In this document: in pieces, positions 1 through 11,456 of the stretch | How positions within the stretch are numbered: position 1 is the stretch's first letter | How the letters are laid out: every line of letters starts with the position of its first letter | From: Eledone cirrhosa | Lineage: Eukaryota | DNA length: 64,000 nt | Reading direction: 5' to 3' | NCBI GenBank assembly: GCA_964016885.1 | Contig: OZ024740.1 | Span: forward strand, 349,308,001 to 349,372,000 | The notes under the pieces: model-generated | The model's database searches: none | Told to the model about the DNA's origin: nothing | The model's input: the letters and a program-made list of their open reading frames with translations, nothing else | Program-made: the position numbers and the translations under genes

Positions 1-144
1 AATTTATGGTTATACTTTTGTTATTGATTTTGTCAACTGAGAGTCTCAAGCGTTGTCCAGTGCAATCATTGAGCTTAATCCCCAGGTGGTATGGTGTAGG
101 CTCCTGATATTCTCAGTCATGACATCTTTAATCTTATTTTGGTA

Positions 145-181
<37 letters not shown>

Positions 182-203
182 TAGTATATATATATATATA
201 TAT

Positions 204-313
204 ATAGGAACCAGTAAGACCCCGACAGCTGAGCTCAAGCCGTTTCGACGGCTAATTAGAATTAGCCGTCGAAACGGCTTGAGCTCAGCTGTCGGGGTCT
301 TACTGGTTCCTAT
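204..313. repeat. Perfect 54-bp inverted repeat with a 2-nt spacer
   Basis: 204-257 is the exact reverse complement of 260-313. Confidence 0.95.
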
Positions 314-389
314 TACCCACTCTACTACCTCAAGTATTGAGTACTTTGGTGCGTTATGGTCCACCCGGTTCCTTACCACATTTCCTTCG

Positions 390-446
<57 letters not shown>

Positions 447-449
447 GTA

Positions 450-483
<34 letters not shown>

Positions 484-917
484 TATTCTATGATCAGAAT
501 TAAGAGTATTCCGCAGTTCACAGTAATAACAATAATATTAGCTCAAAGTTTTCTATACAGTTACGGTAAAAATCACTTTTAATAATCCTTTACACATATT
601 TCACTGTGTAACACACTTCTATTTTTGTAATATATTTGTATCAGAGCTCAGAAGAAAATTCTCTATTCTTCTTTGAGTTAATATTATTTTTATTACTGTG
701 AACTGCGGAATACTCTTAATTCCTAGTATACTTAACGAGCTCCAAATTGTTGAGCTAACAAATTCGAATGGTTGGGCTGCGTTCTCTAGCATTTTCGCCA
801 ATCCATGACAAACGTTATTTGATGCAAATAACACGTGATTTCGCCCTACCCTGGGCAGCGTGTATATTAGCTTTCGATCTATCCATGAGGCTAGATGTGT
901 AGTAAAGAGAATCCACA

Positions 918-992
918 TTTGCTGACTGATGAACCTGTGGCTGTTAAACTGCACATTTCTGTGGCGAAACGAACTTAATTCGTATCAGCAAA
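918..992 (+). ncRNA. Type I hammerhead ribozyme, family A
   Basis: Stem I TTTGCTGA/TCAGCAAA (8 bp), core CTGATGA, stem II with an A-C closing mismatch, GAAA, stem III CGAA-cttaa-TTCG, cleavage triplet GTA. Confidence 0.8.
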
Positions 993-1183
993 CTTATGGT
1001 TATAAGGTTAGTAATTTAAAACTCTACTTCAGTGATTTGATTCTGACTTAGGTTTTTTCTATTTAATTGCTAAACCTGTAGATATTGTTTTCTATACAGT
1101 AACGGGAAAAATCACTTTTAATAATCCTTTACACACATTTCACTGTGCAACACACTTCTATTTGTGTAATATATTTGTACATA

Positions 1184-1221
<38 letters not shown>

Positions 1222-1532
1222 AAAAAAGGAAAAGAATGACTACCCTTGTAGTTCTAAAAAATTTATTTAATTATATAATACTATAATATTATGAGTTGGT
1301 AGATCTAGTAAGTTCTTTGTTAACATCGGTGGGAAGAGCTATTTAAAGATTTCTGGTTAACTTTCCTGGAGAACCTTGTCGGATTCGTCCGTGGCGATTG
1401 TCGAACTGAGATCAGGTTGTGTTGTGATGTGTGATTCTATATATAAGAGAGATTTGGATGTGTCTGGGGGTGCGGTGCAGTGTTAATGTGTGTGGGAGTG
1501 AAGGAGTGTTGATGAAGATTTAAAGCATACAA

Positions 1533-1611
<79 letters not shown>

Positions 1612-2089
1612 AGAAAATGGTGAGTGTTGACAGCAAGATAATGGCATGGGAGTGTTGTTGGGGCTTTTTTAAAGAGTGTTTAAGAAAGGAACTGCAAAAG
1701 TACCCTCCTGCTGGTTCCATTTAAATAAATGACCTTTGAGGAACATAATGGCAGGATGTTTTTCAAATACGTTTCTCATAGCTGAATCAACTCTCTGAAA
1801 TTTATAAAGAATAAATTCAACAACTCTCTATGTTAAAGATGAACTTAGGTGTGTGTCTGGTGGTGGTGGTGGTGGTGGTGGTGGTGGTGGTGGATTTAAT
1901 GAGGTGTAAGATGAATGTCTTTTGATAAGAATGGGATGAGAGCAAAGAGAAGAATAAGGATAGTTGAGGAATATTTGTCAGATATGTATGTTGTTGATAT
2001 TGGTTTGGGGGGCAAGCGTGGGTGGGGGAGGGGGGCATGCTAGCTCTCATATTCACTTCCCTATATGTAAATATACTTACAGCCCATAT

Positions 2090-2495
2090 ATATTACATAC
2101 ATACACACATGCACACACATTTATACACACATACATATATACACACATACACACACATATATATATACACATATATACATACATATGCATACATATATAG
2201 GTGTATATATATATATGTGTGTATAAATATACACCGACATATATATATATATACCAACACATACACACACACCTACACATATATTCATATATACACACAT
2301 ACACATGCACACATACATATACACACATGTTTAAACACATGTATACACACATACCTGTACACCTACAGACATACATACACATATATTCATATATACACAC
2401 ACATACATGCACACATACATATACACATACATTCATACATACACACATACATGTACACCTACAGACATACATACAAACACATCTACACACACACA
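2090..2495. repeat. Compound (CA/TA) microsatellite with higher-order repeats
   Basis: Low-complexity CATA/CACA tract. Similar tracts occur at 6140-6540, and long (TA)n, (GA)n or (CA)n runs at 14990, 18721, 27220, 37591, 43600, 45923, 51986 and 62521. Confidence 0.9.
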
Positions 2496-2639
2496 TGTTT
2501 CGTTATCCCTTTTGTCATCACTCACAATCCAATATCTCCCGATTCTCCAGCAGTCCCCTAAAATAAATGCACTCATAAAAGACGCAAGTATTTAAGTTCA
2601 CATATACATGGGGGGGGGGGAATTAATGAAACGTTAACT

Positions 2640-3815
2640 GAAAAGAGAGAAGGAGGAAAATCCCGTTATTTGAAGGTGGAATATCATTTTTTTGTGTTCA
2701 GTAGTGATTTGTTCTTTCTAATAGAGAATTATTCTTCATATTTTCGGAAATGTTCGTTGTCCGACCATATCTTAAAGAAGAGGAAAATTGTGAATTTTCC
2801 TTTTCAGCATGTTGCGAAGTGTTCACTGCATGTGTTGTTTCTGACAGAGGGGTCTCTCATTTGTTGTTTATGTACTAGAACTCTGTCATGTAGACCCATT
2901 TCGGTTTCACCAATGTAGTATTCTTTACATTGTGAGCAGTTTGCACAGTAAATCAAGTTTTCGCATTTCTTAATTTGCATTGCTTCATTATTAGACGTAA
3001 ATTTTGCCTTGATATGCAGTTTCTTTAGGTTGGGTGCTTGGCATCTACTATATATTATTTGTGCGTCTTTTATGAGTTCATTCATTTTAGAGGACTGCTG
3101 GAGATTCGGGAGATATTGGATTGTGAGTGATGACAAAGGGATAACTGTTTTTCAATTTTATTTTGTTGCTTTGTTTTTCTCAGTGTTGTCACTGGGATGT
3201 TCTGGGCTTTGGAGATGGCCGTGTTGATGAGGTCCCCGGATATTCTTGTCTTTTAAGGAAACCTTTTAGTTCATATAACCTTTTTTCCTGTAGTGTAGGT
3301 TATGGTAATATTGTGCAAATGCGTCTTGCCATGTTAAAAGGAATGTTCCTTTTGGTATGTGAGGGGTGTGCTGATCGGAAATTCAAGTATTGGTGTACAT
3401 CTGTTGGTTTGTAAAATAAGTCTGTTTTGATATTTTCCCCTTCTTTAATGATAAGGATATCCAGAAACAGTAGTTCCTTTTTATTACCTTCCATGGTAAA
3501 TGTTATTTCTTCGTGAAGATTGTTTATGAGGGAATGGAATCTTTGCAGGTCTTCTTGGCTTCTATTCCAGAAGATGAAGTAGTCGCCTACGTATCGTTTC
3601 CAGTTGTGATTAATGTAGGTATCGAAGTCATGACTGAATGTTTCCTGCAGTTTGGAATGTAATTTTGCCTCTAGGTGACCCATAACGAGTGTTGCATATG
3701 TTGGGGCCACTATAGTGCCCATGGCGGTTCCTTTTATTTATAAATACAGTTTGTTATACAAAAGGAAGTGGTTGTTCTCCAACATTAATTTGAATCCTTT
3801 CAAAATAAATTTTTG
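2640..3815 (-). mobile_element. Second Penelope-like family (Neptune-like), 5'-truncated and degenerate
   Basis: MGTIVAPTYATLVMG, WKRYVGD (decayed Y.DD), LFLDILI, YKPTD..YL.F.S.HP.H.K.NIP and GIY-YIG NLIYCANCSQCKEYYIGET with a CxxC. An inverted fragment of ~3062-3145 lies at ~2500-2587. Confidence 0.85.
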
Positions 3816-4471
3816 ATGTACCAACTCATAATATTATACATATTATAAAATTAAATCAAACTGTTTAGAACTACAAGTGAAGTCATTCTTTTCCTATTTT
3901 ACAAATATACCTAACTGTACCAAGGATCTCACATATATTCCAATATATATATATGTGTGTGTGTGTTTGTGTGTGTGTATGTGTGTGTGTGTGTAGATAC
4001 ATATAGATATATCTATGAATGTGTGTGTGGATTATGCATATTTCACCACACAAAAGCTAACATATTTACTCACAGTTGTATAGATATAGAGACAGATAGA
4101 ATAATAGATAGATTGATATACAGATATGCAGATAGATTAAAAGATATATGCATGTGGAATAATCAGGCAGATTATTATTAATAAATATGTATATAGACTG
4201 ACAGAACAAAAATCACAGGATCAAGTTCTCAATGTCACAGCTAACAACGTAAAATCTTACCTGAATATTAACATAATCGATGAATGTCTTGGACAGTTTA
4301 GAGAAATTAAAGAAATAAAATATCAAACTCGAAAATTTATTATCACATTTTATATTATTAGATATAATATTGCAATTATTTTATGAACCAATTAATATAT
4401 AGTATATATGTGTATTCTCATACGAATATAAATTTTCAATAGAAAGGTTATCACAATATATATATAATAGA

Positions 4472-4685
4472 AGGCGTGTGGCTGAGTGGTTAGAGAATTG
4501 GATTCACAATCTTGAGGTTGTGAGTTCGATTCCTGGACCGAGAGATGCGTTATGTCCTTCAGCAAGACACTTTATTTCACGTTGCTCCTTCTACCTGGAG
4601 TTGCGACCGATAGATAGTACTAGCAACTGGAAACACCAACGGAAACATTGTTTCCTCGGTCCGATTTGACGAAAATCGATCGATT
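4472..4685 (+). mobile_element. tRNA-derived CORE-type SINE
   Basis: A box TGGCTGAGTGG, B box GAGTTCGATTCC and CORE-like GTCCTTCAGCAAGACACTT; absent from the homologous flank of the other arms. Confidence 0.75.
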
Positions 4686-4925
4686 AATATATATTGCAAA
4701 TATAGTAAATTTAGAAACAATGAAGTGTAGAAAGTAAAAATTAAGATTGGAAGATACATAGTTTCAGGAATACACTTTGAAAGAAATCAAATAATCGTTA
4801 AGGATATGTAAGGATATATATATATATATATCAAACAAAAACCACATGGTGGTCAACTGAATGTTTCATATCATGAATACATTTTGCGTTACAACGCAGT
4901 TTTATAATTTTTAATATGACTGCGT

Positions 4926-5450
4926 TTATTGCTCAAACTCGTTATTTCCCTTAGTTATCACATCAACTTTCCGCGCATAAACACAGGATGTTGCCACATT
5001 TATTACAATTGGACTATACACATAAAGCCCATTATCACATGTACCTGTATGATTGAGGACTGTCATTTTAGTATATACTGACTCACATTGGTAATTGTTG
5101 TCGGGGAACTCAACATTATCCCCACGACACACTACTTCTGTACGTGATGGAGGGAAGATTGTTGAATCATGGATAATCTTCAGGTTCCAAGGACAAATTG
5201 AACGTTCATGGACGAGATCAGAAGAAACAGCAGGTGTTGTACTTGTTTCATTCTCTCGTGACAGTGTTGTATCGTTATTTACTGCTGGAGCCATTTCAGC
5301 ATGTAGAAAGAATTTATTACCGATGTCTTCACTAGATAAACACTCGTATTGGTCTTTTAGGTCAGTTGGTATTTCACATTGGATCTGGATGGGTGCCGAA
5401 GTCACAATTAAGATATAGTTGACGAGAAGAATGACAATCTTTATGAGAAC
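4926..5450 (-). CDS. IL17: IL-17-like cytokine, copy 1, main coding exon; promoter/exon 1 replaced, possibly a pseudogene
   Basis: Hydrophobic signal peptide (VLIKIVILLVNYILIVTSA), then ERSICPW, FPPSRTEVVC, QC..VY, GTC..GLY and VATSCV, matching the IL-17 family pattern. The ORF-track 'start' TTGCAG is a splice acceptor (ttttatatattgcag|GTT). Similarity to the upstream region of the other copies ends at ~5508. Confidence 0.75.
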   Translation of the reverse strand, partial: VLIKIVILLVNYILIVTSAPIQIQCEIPTDLKDQYECLSSEDIGNKFFLHAEMAPAVNNDTTLSRENETSTTPAVSSDLVHERSICPWNLKIIHDSTIFPPSRTEVVCRGDNVEFPDNNYQCESVYTKMTVLNHTGTCDNGLYVYSPIVINVATSCVYARKVDVITKGNNEFEQ

Positions 5451-5833
5451 CTGCAATATATAAAATATTAAATCAAAGAGTGCTTCATAATTTTATTGTG
5501 AGACTTATTTTGCTCGAAATGTGCAGTACACGTTAGTTAGTCTCCTCGAATTGCTTTGGATAAAAAAAAGCGTATAATATTTCGCTAAAAGTTTGGTTAA
5601 TTTAACAGAGGACACAACATTTACTTACTTTTAAGCAGGACCATATTCGGGGGATTGAGGAAATGAGGAGCACCTTAAAACTTTTGTCGGCTCCCTGTTG
5701 ACGTTTCGTGTTTTCATCACGCGCAAATTCGCGCCCTGTGTAGGTTGCCGTGTTATTGACACAGTAAAACTCACGTCTGTGCTATTTCTACTAATACCCC
5801 TTTTGTTGCACCTACACCGCAGTATGAACGCTC

Positions 5834-5962
5834 CGCAACCTCTGTCTTAGTGAGACACTCGAGATTCTTCATGGCGGAACCAAGCTATTAAACAGAAGGG
5901 CCGACTTATTCGGCGCCTGCAGACACCTAAGGAAAGGAACTTTCCTCAAGCTATATGAATAA
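5834..5962 (+). mobile_element. C-terminal fragment of a third Penelope-like (Naiad-type) ORF
   Basis: Translated by hand as RNLCLSETLEILHGGTKLLNRRADLFGACRHLRKGTFLKLYE*, matching the LCL.E..IL...LLN.R..L...CRH..K terminus of these elements. Confidence 0.65.
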
Positions 5963-6431
5963 ACCCCAGTTACGGCCTCCCACAAGCCCCCCTCCCCCCT
6001 CCGGTAGGTCCCCTACACCCCGTACCAATGACCAATGGACAACAACAACCACCCATGGTTTGCGGTCCCTATGGTTGATGGTCCACCGGATCCTCTACTG
6101 GTTAGGAGTCATCTAAACAATGTTTTATTGAGCCTGATTTTATATATATATGTATATATGTATCATGTGTATATATATATGTGTATTTTATATGTGTATG
6201 TATGCGTATGTTTTATATATGTGTGCGTATCTGAATGTATATATTTTATATATATATGTGTGTATGTGGGTGTGTATTTTTTTATATATATATATATATG
6301 TATGTTTTACGTGTGTATATATTTTGTGTGTGTGTGTATTCTATGTATATATATATTTTTTATATTTGTGTATGTATATATTTTATATATATGTATGTTC
6401 TGTGTAGATATATATTTTATATATATATATT

Positions 6432-6474
<43 letters not shown>

Positions 6475-7098
6475 ATACTTGTGCGTACATGCATACATGC
6501 ATATATATATATACACACCTGTATGGATTTGTGTGTGTAGATGTGTGAGTGTTTGTACAAGTGAACCAGCATAAACCTTTTATTTCTAAATTTTCTAAAC
6601 TATCTAAGTATTGGACTCTAACCATTATATTAAGTATTACCACCCCACTTTTTGTATGTGTGGAAGTGTGTGTGTGTCTGCGGAGGTGTGTGTGAGTGTA
6701 GTGCAAGCCAACCCACATAAGCCTTTTTATTTGTAAACTTTCTACTCCAACCATAATTTTCAGTAGCACCACTCCACATAAATTCCTCAATTTAAGAATG
6801 ACCTGTAGTATCTATTTCATACTATTAACCCTATTTGAAAATATATCTGACCAAGAATGCCTTTTGTGAAAATCAGTCATGTGGAACTATTGTCATCTTG
6901 CCTGACGGTTTGAACCTTACAGAACCAACTGCCTCTTTGAGGTCAAATACCAACCTACTACCATCTACAAACAGACCAATGAGAATCAAGACTATTCCTG
7001 CTGACAACATCAAAATATTCCTAACAACCTCATATGTCCCAAGGCTCTGATACCATCAACACTATACACACAGAGCTGGCATATCTACGAACTGACTA

Positions 7099-7142
7099 AC
7101 TGCCTGATGAGGTCATAACCATTCAGTGGTTATCATCGAAAC
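7099..7142 (+). ncRNA. Family B hammerhead, 3' side disrupted
   Basis: CTGATGA, stem II ATAACCA/TGGTTAT and GAAA are present, but the 3' strand of stem I is replaced by other sequence. Confidence 0.45.
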
Positions 7143-7251
7143 TTATATCTCCGTTGAGTGCTCCCTATCCGCATACTGAAGTTCTGGATTTTACCAACAC
7201 TTACTTTCTTGCTTATATATACATATATATATATATATGTATATAAATATA

Positions 7252-7287
<36 letters not shown>

Positions 7288-7313
7288 GGAGAGAAAGAGA
7301 GAGAGAGAGAGGG

Positions 7314-7356
<43 letters not shown>

Positions 7357-7766
7357 AGATTAGATTAGAAATAACACGGAAAATATATTTAAGGGTCTGT
7401 TTTACTTTTTTCTATTCCTTTCTTTGTGAGAAATTATTGAAAAAGTGATTCGGACAATTAAAAAAAAAAAATTTTATAATGTATATAAATTATAACCGGT
7501 TTTGATGTATTAGTAAAATTCATCCTATCAAATGTTGAGTATTACAATTAAAGAGAATTAATAAGAATTAAAAACTAAAATTTAAAGTTTTAAAATTAAG
7601 TGTTGGGGTAAGTTTTTTGCATCTTCCTTGTTGAGAAGGAGACTGGAAAATGAACTCTTGTGTATATATATATATAATAAGGGTTGACGGACCCAGCATA
7701 TTTATCAATGCCAGTACCGGTTGTATCTCAGTGCACTCAATGGGCAATGTAACATACATTACCAGA

Positions 7767-7834
<68 letters not shown>

Positions 7835-9234
7835 GTAATCAAAAATATTTTGTAAACATGTGTGTATCTCAATTGTGTTAATGGACTGGACAAGAGTTGA
7901 GATGGTGGAGGCGAGGGAGTAGTTGTAAACTAGAGGAAAATTCTGTGGGATTGGCAACAGTAGGTTTGTAAAAAAAATTCTATTTTTGGAATATGATTTT
8001 AGAGTGTGTGTGTGTATATGTAAAAATACACACACGTGTGTGTGTCTTTTTTGTAGGTGTGATTTGGTGTGGTCTGTTTATGTGTGCGCGCGCGCGTGTG
8101 TGTGTATGTGTGTGTGTGTGCGTGCGGGAGAGAGATAGTGTGTGTGTGTGTGTAATGGGGCTGTGTGTAATAGTTTTTATTTATTTATTCTTTGTTGTTG
8201 AATGAAGGAATCGGGGCACTTGTAAAGGGGGAAGATTTTAAAGTTGGGCAGGGTCATTCCTGCTCAGCCGTCAGCGTCCTCAAACATTTCATATATATAT
8301 GTGTGTGTGTGTGTATTCTAGTATTGTGTTCTTTAACGACTAAAAGTATTCTTACACAAGCTTTGCTTCGTGAAATTCAGTAAGATCGTGCATGGATATA
8401 TAATAACAAGGCATTGGCAAAACGTACTGGGTAAAACGTTCCTACCTTTTTCGTGTCTTCTCTTTTTCTTCTAGATTATTTATTTATGTTCTGTATTCTG
8501 GTATTACGTTATTTTTTTTTTATACTTTCAATTTGAAGTATATTGGAGAAAATGCAAGCGTGTCTTGGGTCATCCTTTTAAAAGTATATGAATTCATGTG
8601 AATTAATATATACCCATATATATATAAATAAAACTGCATACACAAATTTTACATGAAAATTTAAATCTACGTTTTATAGTAGATTCTCATACCTAGCATA
8701 ATGTCCCAAGTGTGGTGACCAAAATCCTGAATAAGATTATTGCAATGTTCATGTTTTGACTATGGTGCCACGACTATTTCCGGGAACATCGTTGGTATTT
8801 ATTACCGACATTGAAATAATGTACTGCAAAATATCTCTTGTTTTTAAACTATTTCTCAAAACTGTGAACTTACTTTGATGTACTGTCACGTGATATCCTT
8901 TTCCTCAAAATTAACATGAAGTATATTGCATAAAAGGGACTGTGTATAGTTTGTGCTTCCTCAAAGGGCATAGGTGTGATATAACTAGAGCATTCGATTT
9001 GTAGATTTCACAAAGATTTCTGACATAGCAAAATATGCACAACATTTCTAGAACACTTAAAACGTTCGATCGAAATATATTTGAATTATCTCATTGGCCC
9101 CATGACATATATTGAGGGAAGCTATGTTCAATGAAGTCGTTCCCTGACAAATAATATAGATTATCGATACCATATGAATAAAAGAGAAAATTAGGACTAA
9201 CCTAATCTGAAACTGGAACATTATTTCCCGTAAA

Positions 9235-9419
9235 GGCGGTGGATTGGCATTATCGGTAGAGGGTCGGACGCCATACTTTGAAGCATAGAGTTACCTCCCT
9301 GTATGATCTGAGTTCAAACCCCGCCAATGTTAACTTTGTCTTTCATCCTTCCGGGCTCGATAAAATAAAGTACCAGTAATGCACTGGGTATTGCTGGCCT
9401 TGTGCCAAATGTAGAAACA
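9235..9419 (+). mobile_element. tRNA-derived SINE with Deu/Nin-like core and a 15-bp target-site duplication
   Basis: GGCGGTG head, B box GAGTTCAAACCC and CTTTCATCCTTCCGGGCTCGATAAAATAAAGTACCAG core. ATTATTTCCCGTAAA flanks both ends (9220-9234 and 9420-9434). Confidence 0.8.
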
Positions 9420-11216
9420 ATTATTTCCCGTAAATTATTACCAGATAAAACATTCTAACGCCTCAAATATCTCTCTGTCTACCATTTCAATATATGGCAT
9501 GATATACACTTGGGAGAATCCGTACGGACTCAGATATAATAATTTAAAATATCTTATACGGTTCATTCATGTTTGAAAACATGCCCCACTAAGTTCCATA
9601 TTGTTTAGGATACTATAAATATGTATATTTCCAATAAATGATACAAGTACTTCAACTTTACCTCATCGGATGTAAACTTTCCCGTATTGTTGATAGTTCC
9701 GTCTCTATATATTTATAAATGTTTTCAATAATTTGCATTACATTATGACTAACGTTTGATGTCAATTCCGCTACCGGTCCTTCATATATATATATAAGTC
9801 CTTCCACCATTGGTTTCATTACAAACGTTTATCACTTTGGGAACTGAACAAACACACGTCTCGTTTGTAAAATATCTCACGGTTTCTTCATATTTTCTAT
9901 TCCAAGTTAACAAACCAATATAATGAAGATAACTAATGTAAGTAACGATTAATTAATATTACTATCTCATATATTATTTTATGTAGTTATGTGGTTATAC
10001 TTAGATATGTGTACTCATGAGGTAAAATTTAACAAAAATGCTATTTACTCCAAATAACGTAAATTGGCACTTGTCATTATCTATGAGGATATATATAATA
10101 TCAGAGATACGATTGCACCCCAGTAGGATCTCTTGTCTTTTTACCTCACTGCAGATTACTATTAGATGTTCAATTTATATTAATGTAGGTTTATGTTGGG
10201 TTATCTAATGTATTTTTCACTGTGAGTTAATATATTGTTAAAACTATTATCTACGTTATCAGAAGAGTTAGCTTTACCTGAACATTTCAGAGATGAGATG
10301 CAGTAAGAATTGAACTGGGATAACACGTAACATATGTAACTTATAATAATGGTAATGCTAGCCTCAAAAAACAGATACATCTATTGTAGTTAAATACGAT
10401 ACTAGTATTATGAGGTTCTAAAGTAATCATTGAAATAATAAATATACTGAAACTATTGTAACAGGTTAGTTAGGTTCTAAATGTTACATTGGTAAAATGT
10501 ATTGCAGAATTATATCACTGATAGCATCCTATCGATTGGTAATTTATGTATGAAATTAGAAATTATGCTCTTATATAGTATTGAATCTTTCTATTTTCCT
10601 CTCTTTCTTTCTTCCCTTCTTTCCTATCCATAACTTACAGTGTATTCTGGGACATATTTTAACTTTAAGAAGAGCCTATCTAATCACTTGGTCTGATCAC
10701 ATCCAATGTTTTCCATAGAATGTGACACATTGTTGTGATACGAAGTGAGATAGAAATATGAGGAAACTATCTACAGCAGTACTGGACCGGTATTGATTTA
10801 TCGAAAGTGTGAAAGGAATAATAGAGTACCGAATCGAAGATCTTAAAGCAATCTTGGAGATGTTCTAAACTCTCAGCCAGTATAGTATATATATTGGACT
10901 ATATAACAGTCTATATAATGACACCATTCCACTCAACTAATCCGAAACAAGTAGAAATATTTATATGGATAAGTAATTATACAGAGACATTACTTTAACA
11001 CTGCAACTCTAAGTTATAAATTTACTAATGAATGAGATGATCTAAAGATATTTGTTTCATGTAACATTTCCTCTGAAATGTTACATGAAGGTTCTAAAAC
11101 TACGGGGAACATACCACTTTGTTATGTAGCAGTAGTAAACCTACTGGCAGTAATACCATTAATCTATTTCCTATCTCGTTATAATACTTCCGTCACACAT
11201 CTCTCATATATTTTTC

Positions 11217-11320
11217 TATAAATATATGCATTTTATTCATATATACACTGTACAGAAACGTTTTCGTATCACATTACCTGACATCATTCATGATCATACG
11301 TCTAGCACACTATAGTAAAT
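11217..11320 (+). promoter_or_regulatory. Candidate TATA box, short first exon and splice donor of IL-17 copy 2
   Basis: TATAAAT at 11217-11223, ATG at 11290, donor-like GTAAAT at 11315, giving a 142-nt intron to the acceptor at 11456. The same TATA motif occurs at 22561-22567(-), 36113-36119(+), 47505-47511(-) and 61043-61049(+). Confidence 0.45.
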
Positions 11321-11456
11321 AAATATCTGTGGCATTGATTTCTATGTATTATGATTTAATTCTAAAGTATACAGCTATTTTCTGATTTGTTTATCTGAAT
11401 AAGTGTCACATTAAAATTATGAAGCACTCTTTGATATAATATTTTATATATTGCAG

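Larger units (their letters stand above)
3990..5508 (-). repeat. Partial, older arm around IL-17 copy 1
   Basis: 4010-4470 is a visibly diverged homologue of ~21040-21530, whereas 4830-5508 is near-identical to the other arms. Confidence 0.75.

Noticed and set aside
1964-2595. YI/HT/CV/RE-repeat ORFs here and at 6035-6790, 7568-8383, 25547-26127, 32464-33134 and similar sites
   Set aside because: Translations of (TA)n, (CA)n and (GA)n microsatellites.
4472-4545. tRNA gene
   Set aside because: It has A and B boxes but no good acceptor stem, and it continues into a CORE-like SINE body.
5095-5418. Antisense 106-107 aa ORFs overlapping the IL-17 exons
   Set aside because: Shadow frames with a non-ATG start and no motifs; they recur only because the DNA is duplicated.
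11104-11115. NF-kB site GGGGAACATACC upstream of IL-17
   Set aside because: Imperfect match to GGGRNWYYCC; conservation across arms is uninformative because the arms are recent duplicates.
11451-11456. TTG start codon of the 176-aa ORFs
   Set aside because: TTGCAG after a T-rich tract is a eukaryotic splice acceptor; the ORF track permits bacterial alternative starts.
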